The notes below the pieces were generated by a model, which was not told the DNA's origin, did not search any database, and saw only the letters and a program-made list of their open reading frames with translations. Below are positions 1 to 13,005 of a stretch of DNA of 64,000 nucleotides, in pieces. The stretch spans positions 23,188,001 to 23,252,000 of the forward strand of contig OX597839.1 of assembly GCA_951406725.2 (NCBI GenBank). Reading direction: 5' to 3'. This stretch comes from Octopus vulgaris. Its lineage: Eukaryota. A program made the translations under genes and the position numbers. The stretch's first letter is position 1. Each line of letters opens with the position of its first letter.

Positions 1-204
1 GCCAGTACAGTCCAGGGATTCCGCAAGAAGTTATAAAAATGCTAAAATCAGCAGTAATTTTTAATTTTCCTGTGCAGATATGTGTACATAAGACAATTAA
101 ATTATTGCACAGGGGTTCCTCGAGCCAGTGGAATGCTTCCTTGGGGTTCCGCTCCAGCAAAAAGTTTGAAAAGCACTGGATTAGATAGATAATAACATTC
201 ACAG

Positions 205-1272
205 ACACGGCAGAGTTGGGACCTGTATACATTGGAAGATATGCCAACACTATGGAATAACAACAGAAAAAAGATGGTACAAGCACACCCCAGCAAAGGT
301 GACAGGAAATGAGAAAGCAACCATACTACGGGATATGCCAATACACACAGATAGAGAAATTAATACTAATAGGCTTGATATAGTTGTCAGAGATCACCTA
401 GAAAAAAAATTCTTCCTAATCGATATATCATTATCAACAGATGACAATGTTTCTGTAAAACAGGAGTGGGGGACTTTTTAGTGCAGTATTCAAAAATTTC
501 CACAGAAAAAGGTCTGTGGGTGGGTCACAAGTTCTAACTCTTATATCTGTGTAAATCCTGTATATATCTATGTATAATTCGATATACATTAATGAAGAGA
601 AGTTTAACACATTAAATTAACGCGTAACATCTTCAATAACGCCACCACTGGATTTAGGACGTTTATATTACTTATGGGGTATTCTATATTTTTCATCTAG
701 AGTGTAGTTAGGTCTCAAGGGGTGGCACAAACCTAGCAATAGGCGTTTTGTAGTGAAAACAAAATTTCCATTCAAATGGCAATTCCTGGACGATTTCTGA
801 CCGTTTTAAGTCGCAGTGGAAACGCGACTTATGTCGCAAATAGGTACACGAGTATTGAATAATTTTTATAATTGAGAAATTTATTATATTTTGTACATAC
901 AATTGTGCCCACGGGTGGGGGTTACTCCCACCCCCACCCCCCAAAAAAGAAATAGAGAAACTTTCAAAATAGAAAAATCTGGAAATAGAGGTAACTCAAT
1001 GTGGAGTCTGAAAACAAACAATTCCTATTATAGTAGGTGCATTAGGTATGATAAAAAAAACATTCAGACAAATACATAACAAAAACACCAGGACTAACAA
1101 GTATATATAACATACAGAAAATTGCACTACTGGGCACCGCACACATCCTACATCATACGCTTTCAATAGAGGGAAAATAAGAGCACCACAACAAACCACA
1201 GCACATACCCAAAGCACACAGAGCTGGGCTTGGTAGTGAAGTGAAAGCACATGATAAAAATAAGACTACTGA
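205..1272 (+). mobile_element. Degenerate 3' part of an R4/Dong-like (RLE-type) non-LTR retrotransposon, split by an insertion at ~461-943
   Basis: The translated pieces DMPIHTDREINTNRLDIVVRDHLEKKFFLIDIS and IIVGALG...IQKIALLGTAHIL match the restriction-like endonuclease C-terminus of R4/Dong elements. The 3' end runs directly into (TAA)n at ~1272. Confidence 0.75.
461..943. mobile_element. Probable hAT-like MITE inserted in the R4/Dong remnant
   Basis: Interrupts the RLE reading frame; ends CAGGAGTGGGG...CCCCACCCC form imperfect TIRs. Confidence 0.4.
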
Positions 1273-1321
1273 ATAATAATAATAATAATAAATAATAATA
1301 ATAATAATAACAACAATAATA

Positions 1322-1534
1322 ATCCTTTCTATTATAGGCACAATGCCTGAAATTTGTGAGAGGGAGTAAGTCGATTATGTCGAACCTAGTGTTTTACTGG
1401 TACTTAATTTATCAAACCCGAAAGGATGAAAAGGAAAGTCGACCTTGGTGGAATTCGAACTCAGAACGTAAAGACAGGCAAAATACTGTTAAGCATTTTA
1501 CCCAGCATATTAACGATTCTGCCATCTCACCACC

Positions 1535-1535
<1 letters not shown>
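1322..1535 (-). mobile_element. SINE family C copy (tRNA-like head)
   Basis: Minus strand has TGGCAGAATCGTTA and a B-box-like GAGTTCGAATTCC, then the core TTTCATCCTTTCGGGTTTGATAAATTAAGTACCAG shared with other copies. Confidence 0.75.
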
Positions 1536-1620
<85 letters not shown>

Positions 1621-1802
1621 TTAATAATAATAATATTAATAATAATTTAGGCACAAGACCAGTCATTTTAGAGGGGAAGAAGAAGAAGAAGAAGGAGAAG
1701 AAGAAGAAGAAGAAGAAGAAGAAGAAGAAGAAGAAGAAGAAGAAGAAGAAGAAGAAGAAGAAGAAGAAGAAAAAGAAGAAGCTGATGATGATGATGATGA
1801 TG
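1536..1802. repeat. Compound trinucleotide microsatellites (TAA)n, (GAA)n, (GAT)n
   Basis: Directly visible. Confidence 0.95.
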
Positions 1803-2314
1803 GGGAGGAGGAGGAACCATGCTACTAACCATTGTTGAGTAAACAAAGAGAAATATGTAATTGTCTGCAAATTACAATAACTGTTATTTAATAATGCCGT
1901 AGTTGGTTCCTACAACTGTAGAGAAACAGCATTACACCATTGCTGAATGTGAAGAATTCAGCAGATTCCGGAAGCAAGGGGGGTGGGGCAGAACAAGAGA
2001 AAGAAAATTACCAAATTCCTAAGACATCCTGCGTAAGGGTTACGTAAAGGTTAATCTAATTTAGGAAATGGGATTTGGTGATCGCAGCTGAGAATTAAGA
2101 AAAACTGAATTAATTATGTGGATGAGTGGTCCTGAAGATATTACTGGTATAAATGACACAAGTTTGGAATTTGAATGGAGGAAAGGAATTAAAACATGAA
2201 ACCAGGTGGTGTTGAAACGTGTGCAGCAGGAAGTTAATCTGTTTGGCACCAAACCTGTGAAAGGTAGCAACTAATACAAAATGCAGTTGTGTTTTTATAA
2301 GCAGTTATGTACAT

Positions 2315-2348
<34 letters not shown>

Positions 2349-2446
2349 GTAAACATGCACATACACACATAGTATATATATATATATATATATATATATA
2401 ACATGTATGTAACTGAATACAGATGATGACATGTAAATGTTGTGTA

Positions 2447-2690
2447 TCATCATCATCGTTTAGTCTCCGCTTTCCGCGCTAGCATGGGTTGGACGGTTCG
2501 ACCGGGGGATCTGGGAAGCCAGAAGGCTGCACCAGGCTCCAGTCTTAACTGGCAATGTTTCTACAGCTGGATGCCCTTCCTAACGCCAACCACTCCGTGA
2601 GTGTAGTGGGTGCTTTTTACGTGCCACCCGCATAGGTGCCAGGCAAGGCTGGCAACGGCCACGGTCGGATTGGTGCAATTTACGTGTGTA
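2447..2690 (-). mobile_element. RTE LINE 3'-end fragment
   Basis: Reverse complement of the 3'UTR of the RTE at 59.75-59.88 kb (GGCGTTAGGAAGGGCATCCAG...CCATGCTAGC...(GAT)n). Confidence 0.85.
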
Positions 2691-2754
2691 AATAAAAACA
2701 TCATATATACATATATATATGCCAGCACCGCCTTGACTTGCCAGTACCGCCTTC

Positions 2755-3010
2755 AGTGGCTTCCGTGCCGGTGGCACGTTAAAAGCACCAACCAATCGTG
2801 GCCAATGCCAGACTCCCCTGGCACCTGTGCCGGTGGCACGTAAAAAGCACCCACTACACTCGCGGAGTGGTTGGCGTTAGGAAGGGCATCCAGCTGTAGA
2901 AACACTGCCAGATCAGACTGGAGCCTGGTGCAGCCTTCTGGCTTCCCAGATCCCCGGTCGAACCATCCAACCCGTGCTAGCGTGGAAAACGGACGTTAAA
3001 CGATGATGAT
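2755..3010 (+). mobile_element. RTE LINE 3'-end fragment
   Basis: Same 3'UTR motifs and (GAT)n tail. Confidence 0.85.
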
Positions 3011-3042
3011 ATATATATGTGTGTGTGTGTGTTTGTGTGTGT

Positions 3043-3300
3043 AGGTGACTATGTAGTAAGAAGGTTGCTTCCCAACTACATGGTTCCGGGTTCAGTCCCA
3101 CTGCAGGGCATCTTTGGCAAGTGTTTGACAACCGATGTTGGTGTGTTTACCTCTCCCTAGCTTAGCATTTCGCTAAAAGAGACCATTAGAATAAGTACTA
3201 GGCTTACAAAGAATAAGTCCTGAGGTTGATTTCTTCAACTAAAGGTGGTGCTCCAACATGGCCACAGTCAAATGACTGAAACAAATAGGTGTAAAAGAGT
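3043..3300 (+). mobile_element. SINE family A copy with internal deletion
   Basis: B-box GGTTCAGTCCC and tail CATGGCCACAGTCAAATGACTGAAACA; middle part missing. Confidence 0.75.
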
Positions 3301-3598
3301 ACACACACACACATGCACACACACACACACACACATATGTATGCTGAGTGTATGTACAAACATTATAAGGAAAGCCTGTCCAAAAAGAAGCCAAACTTTT
3401 AAGACAGTGTGCCAACCAGTTGGTGCAGGAAATTTGCAGTGAAATTCCACAGGAAATTTCCATAGAAGACATCTGCAAAAGTTAGTGCCATATGATTTTA
3501 CAGGAAAACTTGCAAGATGAATTCTTACTGCAATGAAATTTGAGTCACATTTGCCAACAGATGAACAAAAAGAGAATGGAGTTAGAGGCAGGAAGTGT

Positions 3599-4044
3599 TT
3601 AACCCTTTTGATACCAAACTGACCACCCAGGGACCTATAAACACAAATTTCCTGTTTTAAAGAGAACTAAACCAAAACCTTCCACCAAAACTTCATATTG
3701 ATTTAAGTTCCAAACTCCAGTTTGAGAATGATTAACCCTTTAGCATTTAAACCAGCCATATCCGGCCAAAAGTATTCTGCCTGTTTTATGTTCAAACTGG
3801 CCAGATCTGGTCTCTCACACCAACCCTACAATATTGTTTAAAAATTAACAGCTACCTCATCAAAATCTCATAGCTACAAGATAATGCATGATTAGTTCAA
3901 AACAATGGATAAAAAAGCATTAATTTTGGCAGAATAATGCAAACACTAAAGGGTTAAGTTATTTTACTAAATCCTTCGTTATTACTAAATTAATTAAAAC
4001 AAAGGCAGCGTGTTTTAACAGGAATTCCATAACAAAAGAGTTAA
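3599..4044. mobile_element. TTAA-flanked piggyBac-like MITE containing a second nested TTAA MITE (3732-3957)
   Basis: Outer element TTAA|CCCTTTTG...CAAAAGAG|TTAA; inner element TTAA|CCCTTTAG...CTAAAGGG|TTAA. Confidence 0.75.
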
Positions 4045-4498
4045 TCATTCGAATGTTGGGGAAAACTTTCTGAAGAGTGTTAGAACGAGCAGAGATTCTT
4101 GGGTGTAGAGATATGATGTTAAAAGAAAAGAAGGAGTCATCACAGAACGTTGGATCATGGTGGCCTTCACCAAAACAAGAATGTCAGAGTCATCCAAATA
4201 CACCATGGGTTTGTTCACTATCTATTTGATCCACATATTCAGAGGAGTGTATTTGGTTGCCCTGAGGCATTTGGGAGGGATAATGTGAAAGAAGAGACAG
4301 GAGGCAAACACAAACAAAATCTGGGTTTTCTTCACTACGATACAGCAATTCCTGGGACTCTTCATTCAGATATCAGAACCTAAATGAGTTAGGTTTCTCC
4401 AAGTCACACGGAGATGAATCAAACTATTTTAAACAATAATATATGTAACTCCTACTAAATGTGTTCAGTGCCTCTTTCTTTCATTTATCCACTCACTC

Positions 4499-4499
<1 letters not shown>

Positions 4500-4529
<30 letters not shown>

Positions 4530-4552
4530 TGTATGTATGTATGTATGTATGT

Positions 4553-4592
<40 letters not shown>

Positions 4593-4925
4593 ATGTGTGT
4601 GTGTGTGTATGTATGTGTGTGTGTGTGTATGTATGTATGTAAGTATGTAAGTATGTATGAGTATGAGTATGTATGTATGTATGTATGTATGTATGTATGT
4701 ATGTATGTGTGTGTGTATGTATGTATTGTGTGTGTATGTGTGTGTGTATGTGTGTGTGTGTATGTGTGTGTATGTATGTATGTATGTATGTGTGTGTGTG
4801 TATGTGTGTGTATGTATGTATGTATGTATGCATGTGTGTATGTATGTATGTATGTATGTATGTATGATGTATGCATGTATGTATGTATGTATGTATGTAT
4901 GTATGTATGCATGCATGTATGTAGG
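4500..4925. repeat. (ATGT)n/(GT)n compound microsatellite
   Basis: Directly visible. Confidence 0.95.
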
Positions 4926-4928
4926 TAG

Positions 4929-5290
4929 GTGCAGGTATGGCTGTGTAGTTAGAATCTTGCTTCCCAATCACATGGTTCCAGGTTCAGTCCCACTGCATGG
5001 CACCTTAGACGAGTGTCTTCTACTATAGCCTCAGGCCAACCAAAGCCTTGAGAGTGGATTTGATAGAGGGAAACTGAAAGAAGCCCATTGTATATAAATA
5101 TATATGTATGTGTCTGTGTCTGTGTTTGTCCCTCCGTCACCGTTTGACAACTGGTGTTGGTGTGTTTACATCCCTGAAACTTAGCGATTTGGCAAAAGAG
5201 ATTGATAGAATAAGTCCTGGGGTTGATTTCTTCGACTAAAAGCAGTGCTCCGGCATGGCCACAGTCAAATGACTGAAACAAGTTAAAGAA
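4929..5290 (+). mobile_element. SINE family A copy
   Basis: A/B-box head, internal TA/TG tract, conserved tail. Confidence 0.8.
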
Positions 5291-6180
5291 TATTACATAT
5301 ACATATACATATATATATATATATATATATGTATAGACATGTAACTACCAGCAGTTTCTCTCTCCCCTCCTCTCTTTCTCTCTATATCTATCTATCTATC
5401 TCCATATCTATCTACCTACCTATCTATCTATCTACCTGTCTGTCTATCTGTCTATCTCTCTTTTTCTCTCTCTCTCTGCTTATCTATCTTTTTCTCCCAT
5501 TCCACTCCATCTCCTTTACTACCTTTCTTCCTCCCCCAGTGATATTTCTCCCATTTCTCCTTCCCCTTTAACACCAACACCCTGATCATTCTGTGCCATT
5601 CCACTCAAAAACTCTTCTCTCTCTCTCTCTCTCTTCCATCTCCTGCAATCCCCTTCTCTTCCGCCCACTCCATCGACCATGCTGCCCTCAATGAACAGAG
5701 ACACCGTAGATAGAGCATTGAAGATCCTCGTGCGCTGTAACTTCACAGATTTTGGTGCCACAGATAAAGTGCCACCATCGTATTTTCTAAATTGGTTGGT
5801 TTTAAGACGGACATGCAGGCACAAAAGCCATGACATAAGGTTAGCGGAGAGCAGAAACAGGATTGTCCGACCACACAGAGAAGGTCAGGACTTCTGAATA
5901 GGACCTGTGGTGGGTTGGCCAACACTGACCAGCCTTGAAAGAAGATGTAACACTGAGGATGATGATGATGATGATCATCATCATCATCATGGTGATGTAT
6001 GTGTGCGTTGATAATCATGTGTGTGTGTGTGCATGTTGGTGTATGTGTGTATATGTATATATGTCAATTTATACACACACACACACACACACAAAACATA
6101 CACATGCAGTATAAAAGAAAGATGTATATGACAGTTGATACAAATACATAAACCCTACTCCTTCTACTCAGAAATCTTGA

Positions 6181-6215
<35 letters not shown>

Positions 6216-6233
6216 TGTGTGTGTATATATGTA

Positions 6234-6283
<50 letters not shown>

Positions 6284-6301
6284 TACATGTGTGTGTGTAT
6301 T

Positions 6302-6332
<31 letters not shown>

Positions 6333-6918
6333 ATATATATATACATATATATGTGTATTTAAATATATATATGCATATATATATATATATGTATTTAAAC
6401 ATATATATAAATATATATATGTGTGTGTGTGTGTGTGTGTATATATACATATATATGTGTGTGTGTATTTATACATATATATGTGTGTGTGTGTATTTAT
6501 ATATATCTCTCTCTCTATATATATATGTCAATGTGCACGTATGTGTAGGTGTTTGTGTGTGGGAGGCTGTCAATGGGGCTGTTGATATGCCGCCAGAGGA
6601 GGGGGTGACAGAGATAACTGAACGAGAGTGCACATATATACACACACACACATCCTAGTGCTACTCCAGAGAATTCTATAGAGAATCAAAACATTGCATT
6701 GTAAATGGTTCTTCTTCAAGGAGAGATATCTGAAAGATTGGGTGGGGGTGGGTAGTGTTCATCCCATTTTCTCTGGGGTGAGGCTGAAAAGAAGACAGAG
6801 GGGACAGGAGACAAGGTTACTCCCCTCTTCCCTAACCTTACAGCAGGGATGAAGATAATTTCATTAGTGTGTACCCAAAGAACTAGAAATTTCATACACA
6901 CACGTGCACACACATGCA

Positions 6919-6983
<65 letters not shown>

Positions 6984-7311
6984 ACACACACATACACACA
7001 CACTACATATAAGTCCATCTTTTATTTGTTTCAGTCATTGGACTGTGGCCATGCTGGGGCACCTCTTCAGGGAACCTTAGTTGAACATAACCGGGTTGTC
7101 AGCTTTACACTTTGTGGGTCCCAAAGTGGGTTATTAGACCAATTTGGGTCTGGAATCCATGCTTACAATGAGGGTATGTAACAGCAGAGTCAGGAGACCC
7201 AGCGGGACCTTTGCTTTCCAAGCTGCCCTCATCTAAATGAAGGGACAATAAAACAGTCATCTTAGGGGCCCATTAGCTATCAGTTGAATGACTGACTATC
7301 AATGAATAATG

Positions 7312-7916
7312 CAGTAATCCCTCGAATATCGCAGGTATTATGTTTCAAAACCTCCCACAGAAATAATTAAAACCTGAAAAAATATGAATACAGGAGTGGC
7401 CATGTGGTAAGTAGTTTGCTTGCCAACCACATGGTTCCAGGTTCAGTCCCATTGCATGGCACATTAGGCAAATTTCTTCTACTATAGCCTCGGACTGACC
7501 AAAGCTTTGTGAGTGGATTTGGTAGATGGAAACTGAAAGAAGCCCATCATATATATGTATGTATGTATGTATGTATTGTGTGTCTGTGTTTGTACCCACC
7601 ACCCGCCATCGCTTGACAACCGATGTTGATGTGTTTATGTCCCTGTAACCTAGCAGTTCGGCAAAAGTGACCAATAGAATAAGTACTAGGCTTACAAAGA
7701 AAGTCCTGGGGTCGATTTGTTTGACTAAAGGCAGTGCTCCAGTATGGTCACAGTCAAATGACTGAAACAAATAAAAGACTAAAAGAATAGCTATCGGCTG
7801 CGAAATCTGCAATATACTGAGGACCCCATGATATAAATTTACATATATCAGCCAGAAATACCTACGATGTACTGAGGGTGCAATAGGTGAACTACGATAT
7901 GGCGAGGGACTTACTG
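7312..7916. mobile_element. Tigger/pogo-like MITE interrupted by a SINE A copy (~7389-7790)
   Basis: Imperfect TIRs CAGTAATCCCTCG...CGAGGGACTTACTG. Confidence 0.6.
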
Positions 7917-8009
7917 TGTTCAAAATTCATTTGATTGCTTGTGTCTGTATTTTGTAAGTTCACCACCATCAATTCACCATGAACGAAGTTTACAGAGTAA
8001 AATATATCC

Positions 8010-8172
8010 AGGCACAGGTGTGGCTGTGTGGTAAGTAGCTTGTCTACCAATCGCATGGTTCCGGGTTCAGTCCCACTGCGTGGCACCTTGGGTAAGTGTC
8101 TTCGACTATAGCCTCGGGCCGACCAAAGACTTGTGAGTGGATTTGGTAGACGGAAACTGAAGGAAGCCCGTC

Positions 8173-8213
<41 letters not shown>

Positions 8214-8414
8214 TGTGTGTGTTTGTGTGTCTGTGTTTGTCCCCTGGTGTGTTTATGTCCCCGTAACTTAGCGGTTCGGCAAAAGAGACCGATAGAATAA
8301 GTACTGGGCTTACAAAAGAATAAGTCCCGGGGTCGATTTGCTCGATTAAAGGCGGTGCTCCAGCATGGCCGCAGTCAAATGACTGAAACAAGTAAAAGAG
8401 TAAAGAGTAAAGAG
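8010..8414 (+). mobile_element. SINE family A, near full length, with 16-bp TSD
   Basis: AGAGTAAAATATATCC occurs at ~7994-8009 and 8415-8430; the copy sits immediately upstream of another SINE A head. Confidence 0.85.
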
Positions 8415-8430
8415 AGAGTAAAATATATCC

Positions 8431-9030
8431 AGGCACAGGCGTGGCTGTGTGGTAAGAAGCTTGCTTCCCAACCACATGGTTCCAGGTTCAGTCCCATTGT
8501 GTGACACCTAGAGCATGTGTCTTCTATTATAGCCTCGGGCCGACCAAAGCCTTGTGAGTGGATTTAGTAGATGGAAACTGAAAGAAACCCATTGTATATA
8601 TATATATATACATTTCATTAATCTATACCCTTCTCATTTTCCCTATTTGACTCTGATGATGGAATACTCTGGGATATCCCAGAAACAGCTGTTAGACTTT
8701 GAATTGTTTTCCAATAGTAATAATATATATGACTTGAGATGTTTGCCTTGTCTTAATGTTTGTTGTCCTCTTTAACAATTATATATATCTATGTATGTGT
8801 GTGCGTGTGTGTGTATGTATTTCTGTTTATGTTCATCCCCCTACCATTGTCTGACAACCGATGTTGGTGTGTTTACATCCCCATACATAGTAGTTCAGTA
8901 AAAATGATTGATAGAGTAAGTACTAGAATTAAGAAATAAGTCCTGGGGTCAATTTGTTGAATAAAACCCTTCAAGGTCATGCTCCAGTATGGCAACAGTC
9001 AAAAAATTCCTGCAACAATTAAAAGAATAG
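8431..9030 (+). mobile_element. Older SINE A copy interrupted in its internal (TA)n by a hammerhead-bearing repeat (~8610-8780)
   Basis: 5' half at 8431-8600; 3' half resumes at ~8820. Confidence 0.7.
8649..8697 (+). ncRNA. Type I hammerhead ribozyme motif (slightly degenerate)
   Basis: GACT-CTGATGA-TGGAATA(ctctggga)TATCCCA-GAAA-CAGCTG-TT-AGAC; palindromic stem III ACAGCTGT. Confidence 0.6.
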
Positions 9031-9485
9031 TACCTCTTTATTAATAATTAAAAAGTATTCTATTGATGAAAAATAAAAAAAAAAAAACGGGGGAAGTGAT
9101 GACTGTGAACTAGCCGGACATGGTTTTGCATAGATTTTGATCATAGCTCCAACTATTTTCCAATTAATTGTAGAGCATTGTCAGAGCAAAAATGCCTCAG
9201 ACTCTATTAAAATGTGCTTTGTAAGGTTCCTGTGTTCATGTCTAGTTATCACGCGCACACACACACACAAATACATACACACATACAAACACACATATAA
9301 ATGCACATATACACACAGGCACACCTACACATAGATGTACACACATGAGCACACACATACATACACACACATACACATAAATACGCACACATGTACACAC
9401 ATACACACACATACGTGCACACACACACACACACACACACAGATACGCACACATACTCACACATAATTTCATTATTATTTTATTA

Positions 9486-9565
<80 letters not shown>

Positions 9566-9879
9566 AACAATAATTTTCATACAACAAAAACAGAACATAA
9601 AAGCAAAAATATCCACATACACCACACCGACGCGTACATACATATATATATATATATACACACACACATGCAAGCATGCAGGCACGTGCATACACACACA
9701 CATACAATCACATATTACACACGATACAGAAGCGCTTGAAAGAAGATGTTTCATCATAAATGACAAGAGATTAGGAAGAGAAAATGTGTTGTGTGTGCAT
9801 GCGTGTGTGTGTACGTGTGTGCGTGTACGTGTGTGTGTGTGTGTGTGTGTGTGGACAACCGTATAGAGAAGATTAGACA

Positions 9880-10400
9880 GAGAAAGAGGAGAATGGAGAG
9901 TAAAGGTAGGATGAGGGAGAAGGAAAAGAAAGGTGAGAAGATGTGGAAAGGTTGAATGAGAGAGAGAGAGGGAGAGGGGTAATGTTTTAGGGAAAAGGTG
10001 AGAATAGAAGAAATGTAGAGAGAGAGAGAGAGGATATGAGGGGTAAGAGGGAGGGAGGGAATATAGGGAGGAAGGGAGAGAGAGGGTGTGAGGGTAAGAG
10101 GGCGGGAGGGGAGAGAAAGAGAGATGAAGGTAAGAGGGAGGGAGAGAAAGAGGAGTAATACGGGGGGGGGGAAGAACTGAGTAGCAGGAGAGAGAGAGAG
10201 AAGAGTAAGAAAGAAAGAGAGAGAGAGATGAAGAGTAAGAGGGAGGGTGATGAGGATATAGGGAGAGAGAGAGAGAGAGAGAGAGAGGGATGAAGGTAAG
10301 AGGGTGGGAAAGGGAGAGAGTTGAAGGTAAAAAGAGAGTGATAAGAGGGAAGGAAGTAAGGATGAGGGTGGGTGGGGGTGGATGGTATAGCAGAGGTAAA
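9880..10400 (+). repeat. Long GA-rich polypurine low-complexity tract
   Basis: Directly visible. Confidence 0.85.
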
Positions 10401-11083
10401 TAAAGTCACCAGTTCTGTTCCACCCCTAGGGATGGAGAAAGCAGTTCTGACAGCCCCTTACTGTCATTGATGCTGCTACACTTGTAACAGAGATAAACAC
10501 AGATAGATCCATCTCTTCTACCCTCATTGCCACTCCCCTCCCACCACTGCCACCCACCCCCCAACAACACTACCTCTACCGCCACCATCACCACAGCTGG
10601 TAGCAACACTCAGTCTGAGCCCTTTCCCTTCCCTCCCCTCTCCAACCCAACACCACCCTCACACCCCCTACAATCCACCATTGCAGTACAGGAAGTGAAG
10701 TCCCCAGCCCCACCCGCCACCCCACGTCCCCACCCGCCACCCCACACGTCCACCCCCACCAACAAAGTAACAGATTTTGAAATTTGAATGGTGGAAGGGG
10801 GTGGAACAAGTGGAGGGGGGGTTGTCTGAGTGCCGTTGGAATCCAACAACAGCACCTGGGTGGAGACGTGCAATTGGAGCAGCATGAATGTCACAACTTC
10901 ACAGAAAGCTTGTAGGAGTTTCTATAATTATATATAAGGAACTATTTTAAAAATTTTTAAAGGGACAACACAAGGCTTTGGTCTCCCCCTACATTTTTCT
11001 CACACATACACACTCCACACACATATACACGTACATAAACATATATACATGTACACATACATATATACATTTGTGTGTGTATA

Positions 11084-11460
11084 TCTCTCTCTATATAAAC
11101 GGCAGTTTGTCTGTGCGTGTTTCTGTGTGTCTGTCAGGTTGTACCCTCACCCTGACCACGGCTTTCAACCGATTCTGATGAAACTTGACACACACATAGC
11201 CCAAATTCAAAACTAACGCAGCAAAAATTTTGAAAAGTTCCCCCAGTTCTGAAAAAAATCGATAAATTCGACATGGGGTCGAGAATCAGAAACCCAAACC
11301 ACAGACCGTCTAGGGGACGCAACTCCACCTTTTTTAACTCTCAAAAAAATTTACCATCATTTTTTTCCCATTTTTTTGCTATTTTTTGGCTATAACTCTC
11401 TAAAAATGCTTTATAGTTATTTCCCTTACAAACCTGAGCAACGCCGGGCGATACTGCTAG
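11084..11460 (+). mobile_element. Non-autonomous Helitron, subfamily A
   Basis: 5' TC, 3' CTAG, subterminal GC-rich hairpin-like CCTGAGCAACGCCGGG, inserted A|T with no TSD; 4 copies in the window. Confidence 0.8.
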
Positions 11461-11495
<35 letters not shown>

Positions 11496-11531
11496 GCATG
11501 TATGTATATACCTACACACATACATATATAT

Positions 11532-11697
11532 TGGCGCAGGAGTGGCTGTGTGGTAAGTAGCTTGCTAACCAACCACATGGTTGCGGGTTCAGTCCCACTG
11601 CGTGGCATCTTGGGCAAGTGTCTTCTGCTATAGCCCCGGGCCGACCAATGCCTTGTGAGTGGATTTGGTAGACGGAAACTGAAAGAAGCCTGTCGTA

Positions 11698-11750
<53 letters not shown>

Positions 11751-11920
11751 TTGTGTGTCTGTGTTTGTCCCCCTAGCATTGCTTGACAACCGATGCTGGT
11801 GTGTTTACATCCCCGTACTGGGCTTAAAAAGAATAAGTCCCGGGGTCGAGTTGCTCGATTAAAGGCTGTGCTCCAGCATGGCCGCAGTCAAATGACTGAA
11901 ACAAGTAAAAGAGTAAAGAG
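11532..11920 (+). mobile_element. SINE family A (young)
   Basis: GGCGCAGGAGTGGCTGTGTGG head, B box, AAAAGAGT-repeat tail. Confidence 0.85.
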
Positions 11921-12200
11921 TATACATACATGTATGTGTGTGTGTGTGTATGTATGTGTATATATTGTATATACCATCAACATCATTGTTGTTTAACGTC
12001 TGCTTTCCATGCTGGCATGGGTTGGACTGTTTGACGACTGGCAAGCCAGAAGGCTGCACCACACTCCAATCTGATCTGGCAAGGTTTCTACAGCTGGATG
12101 CCTTTCCCAATGCCAACCACTCCAAGAGTGTAGTGGATGCCTTTTACGTGCCACCGGCACGAGGGCCAGTCAGGCAGTACCTATATATATATATATATAC

Positions 12201-12246
<46 letters not shown>

Positions 12247-12624
12247 ACATATCTACACACACACATATATGTGTATACATATAAACATATCTACACTCAC
12301 ACACACTCATGTATGTGTATATATAAATGAACACATATGCATATCTTCACATACCCACGTATACATACACATAAACACATGTACATAAATATATACATAA
12401 GCACATACATTTGTACATATAAACATATATACATTCATTACTAAATGAATGACGAAAGAACAGGAGTTAACGTAATTACTTCCATTAGTAAGCAGCTGTT
12501 TCTGCTATAAGAAACCACGCTTCCATAATTGAGTGCCAGTGCAACTTTTTACAGCTTCCTCAAAGTCATCTGAATAACTGGTTATTGTTGGTATTGCTGT
12601 GGCTAAACAACATCATAATATGTA

Positions 12625-13005
12625 GGAAGGAAGCACTCCGTCAGTTACGACAATGAGGGTTCCGGTTGATCCGAATCAACGGAACAGCCTGCTCGTGAAA
12701 TTAACGTGCAAGTGGCTGAGCACTCCACCGACACGTCTACCCTTAACGTAGTTCTCGGGGATATTCAGCGTGACGCAGAGAGTGACAAGGCCGGCCCTTT
12801 GAAATACAGGTACAACAGAAACAGGAAGTAAGAGAGAAAGTTGTGGCGAAAGAGTACAGCAGGGATCACCACCATCCCTGCTGGAGCCTCATGGAGCTTT
12901 AGGTGTTTTCGCTCAATAAACACTCACAACGCCCGGTCTGGGAATCGAAACCGCGATCCTATGACCGCGAGTCCGCTGCCCTAACCACTGGGCCATTGCG
13001 CCTCC
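12625..13005 (-). mobile_element. SINE family B (tRNA-derived, possibly octopus OR1/OR2-like), full length with 15-bp TSD
   Basis: Minus strand TGGCCCAGTGGTTAG (A box) and GGTTTCGATTCCC (B box); TSD ACATCATAATATGTA at 12610-12624 and 13006-13020. Confidence 0.85.

Noticed and set aside
4459-5028. Long ORFs rich in YVCM/HTYI (also at 6.1, 24.7, 33-34, 42 and 49.4 kb)
   Set aside because: Translations of di- and tetranucleotide microsatellites that lack stop codons.
5660-5945. Unique segment with short ORFs on both strands (e.g. 5679-5897)
   Set aside because: No recognisable protein motif or convincing splice-site pair. It may still be exonic or regulatory but cannot be supported here.
12930-13005. 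Possible tRNA gene
   Set aside because: The tRNA-like head continues into a SINE body with a TSD, and the acceptor stem is not intact. The same applies to the other SINE heads.
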